Notes: generated by a model not told the origin, from the sequence alone. A DNA stretch of 64,000 bases from Bacteroides sp. (GCA_015060705.1 SUXY01000001.1:6525-70524), one strand, 5' to 3'; counted from the stretch's first letter, positions 52,920 through 63,300 are shown. Made by a program: numbers and translations.

Positions 52920-53840
52920 ATGAAAGTATTAGTAGCAACTGATAAGCCGTTTGCCAAGATTGCAGTAGACGGCATCCGTAAAGAAATAGAAGCAGCAGGT
53001 TACGAACTCGTATTGCTGGAAAAGTATGGCGAAAAGGCCAATTTGTTGGAAGCCGTTAAGGACGCCAACGCTATCATTATCCGTAGCGACATCATCGATG
53101 CCGAAGTATTGGATGCAGCCAAGGAACTAAAGATTGTGGTTCGTGCCGGTGCAGGTTATGACAATGTAGACCTTGCCGCTGCTACAGCTCACAATGTATG
53201 CGTAATGAATACTCCGGGACAGAATTCAAATGCCGTTGCCGAATTGGCTTTGGGTATGATGGTCATGGCTGTCCGCAACATGTACAACGGTACTTCAGGC
53301 TCCGAATTGATGGGCAAGAAGTTGGGTATCCATGCATATGGTAATGTCGGCCGCAATGTAGCCCGTATCGCTAAGGGATTCGGCATGCAGATTTATGCAT
53401 ACGATGCATTCTGCCCAAAGGAAGTGATTGAGGCTGACGGTGCAATAGCTGTGAACAGTGCAGAAGCTCTTTATGAAACTTGTAATGTGGTTTCACTCCA
53501 TATTCCGGCAACTGCTGAAACCAAGAACTCCATCAATTATGACTTGGTGAACAAGATGCCGAAGGGAGGCTTGTTGGTGAACACCGCCCGCAAGGAAGTC
53601 ATCAACGAAACAGAACTCATCAAGTTAATGGAAGACCGTCCGGACTTGAAGTATGTAACAGACGTTATGCCGGCCGCACATGCAGAATTTGCTGAAAAGT
53701 TTGCCGGACGCTACTTCACTACACCGAAGAAGATGGGTGCTCAGACAGCTGAAGCAAACATCAATGCAGGTATTGCAGCTGCCAAGCAAATCGTTGGCTT
53801 CTTGAAAGACGGTTGCGAAAAATTCCGTGTCAATAAATAA
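52920..53840 (+). CDS. serA: D-3-phosphoglycerate dehydrogenase, short type III form with catalytic Lys
   Basis: RAGAGYDNVD, NTPGQNSNAVAE, NTAR, TPKKMGAQT; no ACT domain; downstream of serC; ATG 52920. Confidence 0.85.
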   Translation: MKVLVATDKPFAKIAVDGIRKEIEAAGYELVLLEKYGEKANLLEAVKDANAIIIRSDIIDAEVLDAAKELKIVVRAGAGYDNVDLAAATAHNVCVMNTPGQNSNAVAELALGMMVMAVRNMYNGTSGSELMGKKLGIHAYGNVGRNVARIAKGFGMQIYAYDAFCPKEVIEADGAIAVNSAEALYETCNVVSLHIPATAETKNSINYDLVNKMPKGGLLVNTARKEVINETELIKLMEDRPDLKYVTDVMPAAHAEFAEKFAGRYFTTPKKMGAQTAEANINAGIAAAKQIVGFLKDGCEKFRVNK

Positions 53841-53870
53841 AACCTTTAAATACTAGAATCTAATACCACT

Positions 53871-55118
53871 ATGGCTGTAATCAAACCTTTTAAAGGCATC
53901 CGTCCACCGAAAGCATTGGTGGAAGAGGTAGCTTCACGTCCTTACGACGTATTGAACTCTGCCGAAGCACGTGCAGAAGCCGGTGATAACGAAAAGTCAC
54001 TCTATCATATCATCAAACCGGAAATCAACTTCCCGGAAGGTACCGATGAACACGACCCGTGTGTATACGAAAGTGCTGCAGAACATTTCCAGATGTTCCA
54101 GGACAAAGGTTGGTTGGTACAGGATGAAAAGGAAAACTACTACGTATATGCTCAAACCATGAACGGCAAGACCCAATATGGTTTGGTAGTTGGTGCTTAT
54201 GTTCCTGATTATATGAACGGTGTCATTAAGAAGCATGAATTGACTCGTCGTGACAAAGAAGAAGACCGCATGAAGCATGTTCGTGTAAACAATGCCAACA
54301 TCGAACCGGTATTCTTTGCTTATCCGGACAATGCTGAACTTGATGCTATCGTAGCAAAATATACCGCAGGTACTCCGGAATACGATTTCATCGCTCCAGG
54401 TGATGGCTTTGGTCACACCGTTTGGGTAATCGACCAACAAGAAGACATCGATGCCATTACGAAGGCATTTGCTGCTATGCCGGCTCTTTACATAGCCGAT
54501 GGTCACCACCGTTCAGCTGCTGCTGCATTGGTCGGTGCTGAAAAGGCTCAACAAAATCCGAACCATAAGGGTGATGAAGAATACAATTATTTCATGGCAG
54601 TATGTTTCCCAGCCAACCAGTTGACTATCATCGACTACAACCGTGTAGTAAAGGATTTGAACGGCTTGACTCCGGAAGAATTCCTTGCAGCAGTAGGCAA
54701 GAACTTCATTGTAGAAGAAAAGGGTGCTGACATCTATAAACCAAATGCATTGCATAACTTCTCCCTTTATTTAGAAGGCAAGTGGTATAGCTTGACCGCA
54801 AAGGAAGGTACATACGATGACAATGACCCAATTGGTGTACTTGACGTAACCATTTCTTCCAACTTGATTTTGGATGAAATTCTCGGCATCAAGGACCTTC
54901 GTTCAGACAAGCGTATCGACTTCGTAGGTGGAATCCGCGGTTTGGGCGAATTAAAGAAGCGTGTAGATAGCGGTGAAATGAAGGTAGCTTTGGCGCTCTA
55001 CCCAGTAAGCATGAAGCAATTGATGGATATCGCCGATACAGGTAATATCATGCCTCCAAAGACTACTTGGTTTGAACCGAAACTTCGTTCAGGTTTAATT
55101 ATCCATAAGTTGGTATAA
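53871..55118 (+). CDS. DUF1015 family protein
   Basis: PYDV, KKHELT, YIADGHHR (ParB/Srx-like), MPPKTTWFEPKLRSGL. Confidence 0.88.
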   Translation: MAVIKPFKGIRPPKALVEEVASRPYDVLNSAEARAEAGDNEKSLYHIIKPEINFPEGTDEHDPCVYESAAEHFQMFQDKGWLVQDEKENYYVYAQTMNGKTQYGLVVGAYVPDYMNGVIKKHELTRRDKEEDRMKHVRVNNANIEPVFFAYPDNAELDAIVAKYTAGTPEYDFIAPGDGFGHTVWVIDQQEDIDAITKAFAAMPALYIADGHHRSAAAALVGAEKAQQNPNHKGDEEYNYFMAVCFPANQLTIIDYNRVVKDLNGLTPEEFLAAVGKNFIVEEKGADIYKPNALHNFSLYLEGKWYSLTAKEGTYDDNDPIGVLDVTISSNLILDEILGIKDLRSDKRIDFVGGIRGLGELKKRVDSGEMKVALALYPVSMKQLMDIADTGNIMPPKTTWFEPKLRSGLIIHKLV

Positions 55119-55119
55119 T

Positions 55120-55156
55120 AAAAAAGAAAGAGGCTCCATTGAGCCTCTTCTTTTTT
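55120..55156. terminator. Bidirectional terminator
   Basis: AAGAGGCTC-CATT-GAGCCTCTT flanked by A and T tracts. Confidence 0.8.
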
Positions 55157-55907
55157 ATGTTGTAATCAGTTCCCAACAAATCTTGATAAAGAAGATTGCC
55201 AAGACTATGATGATTACCGGTTTCACAAATCCCGTTCCCTTGCTTGTGAAATAATTGGCTCCGATGTAATTACCCGCAATACCAAATACCGCCGCAACCA
55301 ACGCCAACGGAAACCACACCACTCCGTGAACCAAAAATACCGCCAAGGCCGCGAAATTGGTCGAAAGATTGATGACCTTAGTTGTACCGGCGGCTTCATT
55401 CAAACTTACATGAGCTACCGCGGTCAACAATAACATCAAGAATGTTCCTGTACCCGGACCATAGAAACCATCGTATACCCCAATCACCAATGCCAATGAC
55501 ATGATGATAATCATGGTCTTTCGTTCAGAAAAAGGCGTTTTGTCGGATTGAAGGGATTTCTTACGCAACACATAACATGCCGTGAGCGGGAGAACAATCA
55601 ACATGATAATTTTGAATGCATCCGCTTCCACCAACAAAGCCAATCGCGCACCTAACCATGAACCAAGCAAAGCGGTAACTACGGCCGGTAATACACGCTT
55701 CCAATGAATAAATCCACAACGGGCATAGTGCCAAGTAGCTACAGTAGTACCCAAGCAAGCACTGAACTTATTTGTACCAATGGCCGCATGAGGCGGAAGA
55801 CCTGCAATCAGATAAGCAGGAAGAGAAATCAAGCCACCGCCACCGGCAATGGCATCAATAAAGCCCGCAAGGAAAACCAGCGGACAGACAATCAGGTATT
55901 CTATCAT
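55155..55907 (-). CDS. TauE/SafE (TSUP) family membrane transporter
   Basis: AGFIDAIAGGGGLI, AIGTNK, GVYDGFYGPGTG. Confidence 0.92.
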   Translation of the reverse strand: MIEYLIVCPLVFLAGFIDAIAGGGGLISLPAYLIAGLPPHAAIGTNKFSACLGTTVATWHYARCGFIHWKRVLPAVVTALLGSWLGARLALLVEADAFKIIMLIVLPLTACYVLRKKSLQSDKTPFSERKTMIIIMSLALVIGVYDGFYGPGTGTFLMLLLTAVAHVSLNEAAGTTKVINLSTNFAALAVFLVHGVVWFPLALVAAVFGIAGNYIGANYFTSKGTGFVKPVIIIVLAIFFIKICWELITT

Positions 55908-55979
55908 ATTACTTTTTAGATTTTCGCAAAAATAACCATTTTATTTGTACCTTTGCAATCTATTGAAAAGAATTTACGA

Positions 55980-56600
55980 ATGACACAAGAAGATACCTAT
56001 AAAACCATTACTGACTTAGCCGAAGGTATATTTACCGAGAAGCGAAGCAAGTTCATTGCCATCGCCATTCCGGTACGTACCTTGGAGGAGGTAAAACAAC
56101 ATTTGGAGGTTTATCAGAAGAAATATTACGATGCCCGTCATGTGTGTTATGCCTACATGTTGGGCCATGAACGTCTCAATTTCCGTGCCAATGACAATGG
56201 AGAACCTTCGGGTACGGCAGGAAAGCCTATCCTCGGTCAGATCAACTCTAACGAATTGACGGATATCTTGATTATTGTTGTTCGTTATTTTGGAGGTATC
56301 AAATTAGGTACAAGCGGATTGATTGTAGCTTATAAAGCCGCCGCCGCCGAAGCCATAGCCGCCGCAACTATCATCGAAAAGACGGTGGACGACAACGTGT
56401 ACTTTGCCTTCGAATATCCTTTCATGAACGATGTGATGCGCATCGTAAAGGAAGAAGAACCGGAAATCCTGGAACAATCTTACGATATGGATTGCTTGAT
56501 GCGCCTCCGAATCCGTCGCTCCATGATGCCAAAGCTACGAGCAAGACTGGAAAAGGTGGAAAGCTTACGATTTATTGAAGAAGAGGAAGAAGAAAAATAA
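55980..56600 (+). CDS. YigZ/IMPACT family protein
   Basis: EKRSKFIA, ARHVCYAY, DNGEPSGTAG, RYFGGIKLGTSGL; ATG 55980. Confidence 0.92.
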   Translation: MTQEDTYKTITDLAEGIFTEKRSKFIAIAIPVRTLEEVKQHLEVYQKKYYDARHVCYAYMLGHERLNFRANDNGEPSGTAGKPILGQINSNELTDILIIVVRYFGGIKLGTSGLIVAYKAAAAEAIAAATIIEKTVDDNVYFAFEYPFMNDVMRIVKEEEPEILEQSYDMDCLMRLRIRRSMMPKLRARLEKVESLRFIEEEEEEK

Positions 56601-56624
56601 AAGCGGGGAATTCCCCGCTTTTTT
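56599..56624. terminator. Bidirectional terminator
   Basis: AAAAGCGGGGAATTCCCCGCTTTT perfect palindrome between convergent genes. Confidence 0.8.
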
Positions 56625-57354
56625 ATTGCATCTTCAAACATGCCAGATAATCATAATGTTCTCCTTCCTGAACCAACTCTGCCTTAAAACCATTTTCAGC
56701 GGCATAATAGGATAGTGTCTGGAAATCCACGTAGAGCCAATCAAACGGTTCACCCTTGATTTGCTTGTATTGCATGCGGAAATCTATTTCACCATAATAA
56801 CCGGCGGCTAGGTCTACCAAGAAACTTCCGTCTTCGTCCTCGAACAAATAACGGAGGTCAGAAGAATCCATATAGATGCATCCACCTGGGTTAAGAAGTT
56901 GCTTCATTTTCGTGAAGAAGGCACCCATGTTTTCCAATTTTCCGATGATACCCGAGCCATTCATCAACATCAGAATTGTATCAAACTTTTGCAAATAATT
57001 CTCATCAAACAAGTTGATCTGATATGCCTGACGAATCCCTCTCTTTTGCATGATTTCTACCGAAAGAGGGGAGATGTCAATCGCTTCTACCTCCTTACCC
57101 ATGTCTTGTAAGGCCAAAGCATGGCATCCACTTCCCGCACCACAATCCAAGATTTTACCACTCGCTAAACGCAAAGCTTCTTGTTCCAGGGGAGGCATTT
57201 CATCAAAGGTACGGAAAAGTTGTTCGGCAGGAATTTCATCTTCCTCGAATTGAGAAGAGAACACACGAAGTTTAGCGGCACGACCTTTGTGGAAATAATC
57301 GGCAATAGCCGCACCCATCGGGTCCTTTTGAGGGGATAAAAGATTCGTTTTCAT
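56623..57354 (-). CDS. Class I SAM-dependent methyltransferase
   Basis: ILDCGAGSG motif I, AIDISP, FDTILMLMNG. Confidence 0.88.
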   Translation of the reverse strand: MKTNLLSPQKDPMGAAIADYFHKGRAAKLRVFSSQFEEDEIPAEQLFRTFDEMPPLEQEALRLASGKILDCGAGSGCHALALQDMGKEVEAIDISPLSVEIMQKRGIRQAYQINLFDENYLQKFDTILMLMNGSGIIGKLENMGAFFTKMKQLLNPGGCIYMDSSDLRYLFEDEDGSFLVDLAAGYYGEIDFRMQYKQIKGEPFDWLYVDFQTLSYYAAENGFKAELVQEGEHYDYLACLKMQ

Positions 57355-57785
57355 GACTTCAACCCTTTCTTAGCCTTCAACACACGAGGAATATCAATCA
57401 AGACTACACCCACCAAAATTCCCAAGATACCATAATCCATCCAATCCCAATAACCTTGGTGCATCACGATATACGAAGCCGCCATGCCTAAACATAGCAA
57501 AGCCTTTACCGACGAAAAGATGATCTGACCTTTCGGCAAGACACGAAGTTCACGACCGAAATAAAATACGCCCATCATGGAAGCCACCAAGAGCAACATC
57601 ATGAGGTTCTGATTGACTACAATACCATTCAACGTTACCAACAATACGAAAAAGAACACAATAGCCGAAAAATTCAAGCCATACATATTTCGCTTGAAAT
57701 CCTTCTTGGCTTGCTCTTCTCTAGCCTTCTGATTCTCGTACTTGATTTCGTTTCGGAAACTATATTTCTTTTCTGACATAAGCAT
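57351..57785 (-). CDS. Hypothetical membrane protein (~4 TM)
   Basis: Charged N-terminus then hydrophobic helices; ATGA overlap with the methyltransferase gene. Confidence 0.7.
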   Translation of the reverse strand: MLMSEKKYSFRNEIKYENQKAREEQAKKDFKRNMYGLNFSAIVFFFVLLVTLNGIVVNQNLMMLLLVASMMGVFYFGRELRVLPKGQIIFSSVKALLCLGMAASYIVMHQGYWDWMDYGILGILVGVVLIDIPRVLKAKKGLKS

Positions 57786-57840
57786 TGATTTTAAAGTTTC
57801 TGCAAATGTAAGAAATCAAGTGTGGAAATGCAAATCCCTT

Positions 57841-58443
57841 TTATCCGAAAACCTTCACTCGATCTTCTAACGGCTTGTATTTCTTATCATCCGGAGTGGA
57901 AGTGGGCATACCGAAAGGCATTTGAGCCATGAGTTTCCACGTCTTGGGAAGATGCCATTCATATTGTACTTCCTCATCGATAAGCGGATTGTAATGCTGG
58001 AGAGAAGCCCCGAATCCCAAGTCTTCCAGCATGGTCCATACCACAAACTGATGCATACCCGAAGTTTGTTGTGACCAAATCTTGAAATTCTCGGCATAGA
58101 GCGGGTAAGTAGCCATGAATTTCTCCACTACCTCGGTATCTTCGAAGAAAAGAATGGTTCCATGTCCACTCGCAAAACTATGATCGACTTTTTGGCTGGT
58201 ATTGAGATACACATCTTCCGGCAAAATCTTTTTCAAGGTTTCCTTAACGATGTTCCACAACTTCCGATGCTCTTCGCCTTGCAACAAGACAATACGGGTC
58301 GTTTGAGAATTGAAGGCCGAAGGTACATGCTTCACGGCATTGTGAAGAACATGCACCACTTCATAATCTGCCACTGGCGAATCACTCGATAAGTTGTAAT
58401 AACTTCTACGATTGATCAATGCTTCTTCAAAAGTTCTTTTCAT
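57841..58443 (-). CDS. Nitroreductase family protein (Frm2/Hbn1-like)
   Basis: RRSYY, PSAFNSQ, GASLQHYNPLID, AQMPFG. Confidence 0.9.
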   Translation of the reverse strand: MKRTFEEALINRRSYYNLSSDSPVADYEVVHVLHNAVKHVPSAFNSQTTRIVLLQGEEHRKLWNIVKETLKKILPEDVYLNTSQKVDHSFASGHGTILFFEDTEVVEKFMATYPLYAENFKIWSQQTSGMHQFVVWTMLEDLGFGASLQHYNPLIDEEVQYEWHLPKTWKLMAQMPFGMPTSTPDDKKYKPLEDRVKVFG

Positions 58444-58567
58444 ATCTATTACTTCATATTCATTTTATCAACACCCTCTATCTTCATTTGTTCAATCTAT
58501 CAGAGCATAGAAAAATTATCTAGTCAATCATAGCAAATTTTATAAAAATCTACTTATCTTTGGATAA

Positions 58568-60151
<1,584 letters not shown>

Positions 60152-60173
60152 AAATAATTAAACAAATAGAGTT

Positions 60174-61841
60174 ATGAAAACAGACATTGAAATTGCTCGA
60201 AGTATTGAATTGAAGAAAATAAAGGAATTGGCCAAGTCCGTAGGGATGCCTGAAGATCATGTAACCCATTATGGACGACACATGGCCAAAGTAGATATCA
60301 GCTTGATTGACGATGAAAAGATCAAGAACAATCATTTGATTCTGGTAACCGCCATTACGCCTACCAAGGCGGGTATCGGTAAGACCACCGTATCCGTGGG
60401 CTTGGCCTTAGGCTTGAACCACATCGGCAAGAATGCGATTGTAGCCCTTCGCGAACCTTCCCTCGGACCTTGCTTTGGGATGAAGGGTGGGGCAGCCGGT
60501 GGTGGCTATGCCCAAGTCCTCCCGATGGAAAAAATTAACCTCCACTTCACGGGAGACTTCCATGCCATTACCTCGGCCAACAACATGATCTCGGCTCTGT
60601 TGGACAATTACATTTATCAGAACCGTGATAATGGCTTTGGTTTGAAAGAAATCCTTTGGCGTCGTGTATTAGACGTGAATGACCGCTCGCTTCGCTACAT
60701 CGTAACGGGTCTCGGTCCAAAGACCAACGGTATCACCCAAGAATCAGGTTTCGACATTACTCCGGCTTCGGAAATCATGGCTATCCTTTGCTTGGCCAAG
60801 GATGAAGATGATTTGCGTCGTCGTATTGAGAATATCCTTCTCGGCTTTACTTACGACAATAAACCTTTCACCGTAAAGGACTTGGGTGTTGCAGGAGCTA
60901 TTACCGTTCTCTTGAAGGATGCTCTTTCACCTAACCTCGTACAAACGACCGAAAATACACCTGCATTCGTACATGGTGGTCCTTTTGCCAACATCGCCCA
61001 TGGATGCAACTCTGTATTAGCTACCAAATTGGCTATGACTTTCGGCGATTATGCCATTACAGAAGCTGGTTTCGGTGCCGACCTCGGTGCAGAAAAGTTC
61101 TATGACATCAAGTGCCGCAAAGCTGGTTTGAATCCAAAACTTACCGTACTTGTTGTAACCGCACGTGCCTTGAAGATGCATGGTGGTGTATCACAAGACA
61201 TCGTTGGCCAACCAAACCTCGAAGCGTTGAAGGTGGGTATTGCCAACATGGACAAACACCTTGACAATTTGTTGAAATTCGGTCAAAACGTGGTCGTAGC
61301 CTTCAATCGTTATGGCGATGATGTGGAAGACGAAATCGATTATGTACGCCAACATTGTGCTGAATTGGGTATCGGATTTGCCGTGAACAATGCCTTTGTT
61401 GAAGGTGGTAAGGGTGCCGTAGAACTGGCTAATCTTGTGGTAAAGACCATCGAAGAAAATCCGTCAAAAGAGTTGAAATTCGCATACAAGGACGAAGATG
61501 AAGTAAAGGACAAGGTATGCAAAGTAGCTTGTAATCTTTATGGTGCCAAGTTAGTGACATTCAGTCCTACCGCTAAAAAGAAATTGGCAATAATTGAGGA
61601 GTTGGGATATACCCATTTCCCAATTTGTATTGCCAAGACCCAATACTCTTTCTCAACCAATGCGAAGCTTGTCAATGTGCCTAAGGACTTCGAATTCCAT
61701 GTACAAGACATCGTTATCAATGCCGGTGCCGAAATGCTGGTAGTTATCTCTGGTGAAATCATGCGTATGCCGGGATTGCCAAAGAATCCACAAGCGTTAC
61801 ATATTGATATTGTGAACGGTCAAATCGAAGGTTTGTCCTAA
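60174..61841 (+). CDS. fhs: Formate--tetrahydrofolate ligase
   Basis: [63 protein letters not shown]. Confidence 0.97.
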   Translation: MKTDIEIARSIELKKIKELAKSVGMPEDHVTHYGRHMAKVDISLIDDEKIKNNHLILVTAITPTKAGIGKTTVSVGLALGLNHIGKNAIVALREPSLGPCFGMKGGAAGGGYAQVLPMEKINLHFTGDFHAITSANNMISALLDNYIYQNRDNGFGLKEILWRRVLDVNDRSLRYIVTGLGPKTNGITQESGFDITPASEIMAILCLAKDEDDLRRRIENILLGFTYDNKPFTVKDLGVAGAITVLLKDALSPNLVQTTENTPAFVHGGPFANIAHGCNSVLATKLAMTFGDYAITEAGFGADLGAEKFYDIKCRKAGLNPKLTVLVVTARALKMHGGVSQDIVGQPNLEALKVGIANMDKHLDNLLKFGQNVVVAFNRYGDDVEDEIDYVRQHCAELGIGFAVNNAFVEGGKGAVELANLVVKTIEENPSKELKFAYKDEDEVKDKVCKVACNLYGAKLVTFSPTAKKKLAIIEELGYTHFPICIAKTQYSFSTNAKLVNVPKDFEFHVQDIVINAGAEMLVVISGEIMRMPGLPKNPQALHIDIVNGQIEGLS

Positions 61842-61877
61842 AAGAAAAGGAGTGGGGTGAATCATCACCCCACTCCT
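61842..61877 (-). terminator. Intrinsic terminator whose 5' arm is the last codons of queL
   Basis: Minus strand AGGAGTGGGGTGA-TGAT-TCACCCCACTCCT-TTTCTTTT; 13-bp perfect stem. Confidence 0.8.
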
Positions 61878-62554
61878 AAATCCGTATTCTCCATCAATAC
61901 CTCTATCCGCGGATCATCCTTGATCATCGGATAAACCTCTTTCGCAAACCAGGAGGCTAATTCCTTGTCTTGCTTTATTGAAGTATGGTTATCACAAAAC
62001 ACATTCACACTGAAGTATTCAAAATGTGCCTTGGCCAGCTCAATGTCTTTCAGGATGTGCTCCTTGGTTTCTCCTTGCGTACAACACAATAGACAAATGC
62101 CTTGGAAATGTTGAGCGATGTCTTGAACGGAAACCGATGATGGGATTCCTTTCTTCCATGCCTCCCGAAGAGCCGTATCAAAGGTTTCTACCCCACAACG
62201 GAACTTCACCTTGGCAGGCGCAAATTGTTCGGCAAAGGAAGCCAGTTTTTTACGAAACATGTAGTGCGCCTCGAACCAAAGGGTATGAATCTTTTTCTCC
62301 TTTACCACTTCTTTGATGAAGGCTATGGTTTCTTCATCAAGTTCCATGGCCGAACCGGAATTAATCACATCAAGCACTCCATATTGCCCTGTTACTTGAC
62401 GCAAAACGGGCTCGTTCACTTCGAAGGGACGCTCGCTCACATCTTCGTGGTAATCGCAAAACGTACACTTCCGCCAACGACACCCCATCCCTTGCAACAA
62501 GACAAATTCCCGGGGCATCTTGGTCGATATCAACGCGTATCTATCCATGATCAT
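61865..62554 (-). CDS. queL: Queuine lyase QueL (compact radical SAM enzyme)
   Basis: 229 aa; RY...REFVLL, CRWRKCTFCDY (CX4CX2C), VTGQYGVLDVINSGS, FEAHY, GVETFD and C-terminal NTDLGVG match clostridial QueL as recalled. ATGA-coupled to a queuosine-precursor transporter gene. Confidence 0.8.
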   Translation of the reverse strand: MIMDRYALISTKMPREFVLLQGMGCRWRKCTFCDYHEDVSERPFEVNEPVLRQVTGQYGVLDVINSGSAMELDEETIAFIKEVVKEKKIHTLWFEAHYMFRKKLASFAEQFAPAKVKFRCGVETFDTALREAWKKGIPSSVSVQDIAQHFQGICLLCCTQGETKEHILKDIELAKAHFEYFSVNVFCDNHTSIKQDKELASWFAKEVYPMIKDDPRIEVLMENTDLGVG

Positions 62555-63189
62555 TCCAATTTAAGCACGTAGCGACGCAAAGCATGAATCACGGCATATG
62601 CCATCGGGGTACCAAAAACCGACTCGATGAGCAACTTCACACCATATTGGAAGGCGATCATCATCAAGAGGTCGTGAGTGGAAACAATACCCAAGAAAGC
62701 GATGAGCACGAAAGGTAAGGAATCGAACAGATAAGCCACCGCCGAACTACCGATTGTACGGACCCAAAGGTGTTTACCCTTCGTCTTTATCTTGATTTTT
62801 TCCATGAGCCATGCATTGGAAAGTTCACCCAAAAGGAAACCCACCAACGAGCCGATCACGATTCGAGGAACATAGGAGAACAGATGATTATAGGCCGTCT
62901 CCGTTTCCGCCAGATAATCGGGCGAAGGGAGCCATACCCCTATCTGTGTACAAATCACCATGAGGATATTACAGAAGAAGGTCATCCAAATCACTTTTCG
63001 AGCGGTCTTGAAGCCCCACAACTCCGTGAGGACATCGCCCAGCATATAAGCAAAAGGGAAGGTGATGGTACCTGCGTCGAAATAGAAGAGACCGAAAATA
63101 CTAATGACCTTGACGGCCATAATGTTGGATACCAAATAGAGTGTTACGAAGAGGGCCGTGATGGTCATTAACGCCGTGTGGCTACTCAT
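62551..63189 (-). CDS. yhhQ: Queuosine precursor transporter (YhhQ/QPTR, VUT family)
   Basis: VSNIMAVK, DAGTITFPFAYMLGDVLTELWG, PRIVIGSL, LWVRTIGSS..DS..F..IAF. Probable start is ATG 63189; the ORF-track start at 63228 would include the riboswitch. Confidence 0.9.
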   Translation of the reverse strand: MSSHTALMTITALFVTLYLVSNIMAVKVISIFGLFYFDAGTITFPFAYMLGDVLTELWGFKTARKVIWMTFFCNILMVICTQIGVWLPSPDYLAETETAYNHLFSYVPRIVIGSLVGFLLGELSNAWLMEKIKIKTKGKHLWVRTIGSSAVAYLFDSLPFVLIAFLGIVSTHDLLMMIAFQYGVKLLIESVFGTPMAYAVIHALRRYVLKLE

Positions 63190-63224
63190 TCGGTTTTTTT
63201 TAAAAGGGTGTTCCGATACCTTTT
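63190..63224 (-). ncRNA. Class I preQ1 riboswitch aptamer (predicted)
   Basis: AAAAGG-UAUCGGAACAC-CCUUUU-AAAAAAAA-CCGA-(AUG): 6-bp P1, loop beginning with U and ending in AC, A-rich L3, 4-bp P2 pseudoknot UCGG/CCGA. Lies directly upstream of yhhQ-queL. Confidence 0.8.
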
Positions 63225-63231
63225 TCATTTT

Positions 63232-63253
63232 CTGATTACTGATTACTGATTAC
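63232..63253. repeat. Heptamer tandem repeat (CTGATTA)x3 in the yhhQ leader
   Basis: CTGATTACTGATTACTGATTAC. Confidence 0.85.
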
Positions 63254-63258
63254 GTGGG

Positions 63259-63266
63259 CAAAGGTA
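63259..63266 (-). promoter_or_regulatory. -7 promoter element (TACCTTTG) for yhhQ-queL
   Basis: Exact TAnnTTTG just past the GH92 terminator; places the aptamer inside a ~65-nt 5' UTR. Confidence 0.65.
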
Positions 63267-63267
63267 T

Positions 63268-63300
63268 AAAAAAAATAGGTATGGAGAATATCCATACCTA
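63268..63300 (-). terminator. Intrinsic terminator of the GH92 gene
   Basis: TAGGTATGGA-TATTC-TCCATACCTA followed by T8 on the minus strand. Confidence 0.85.
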
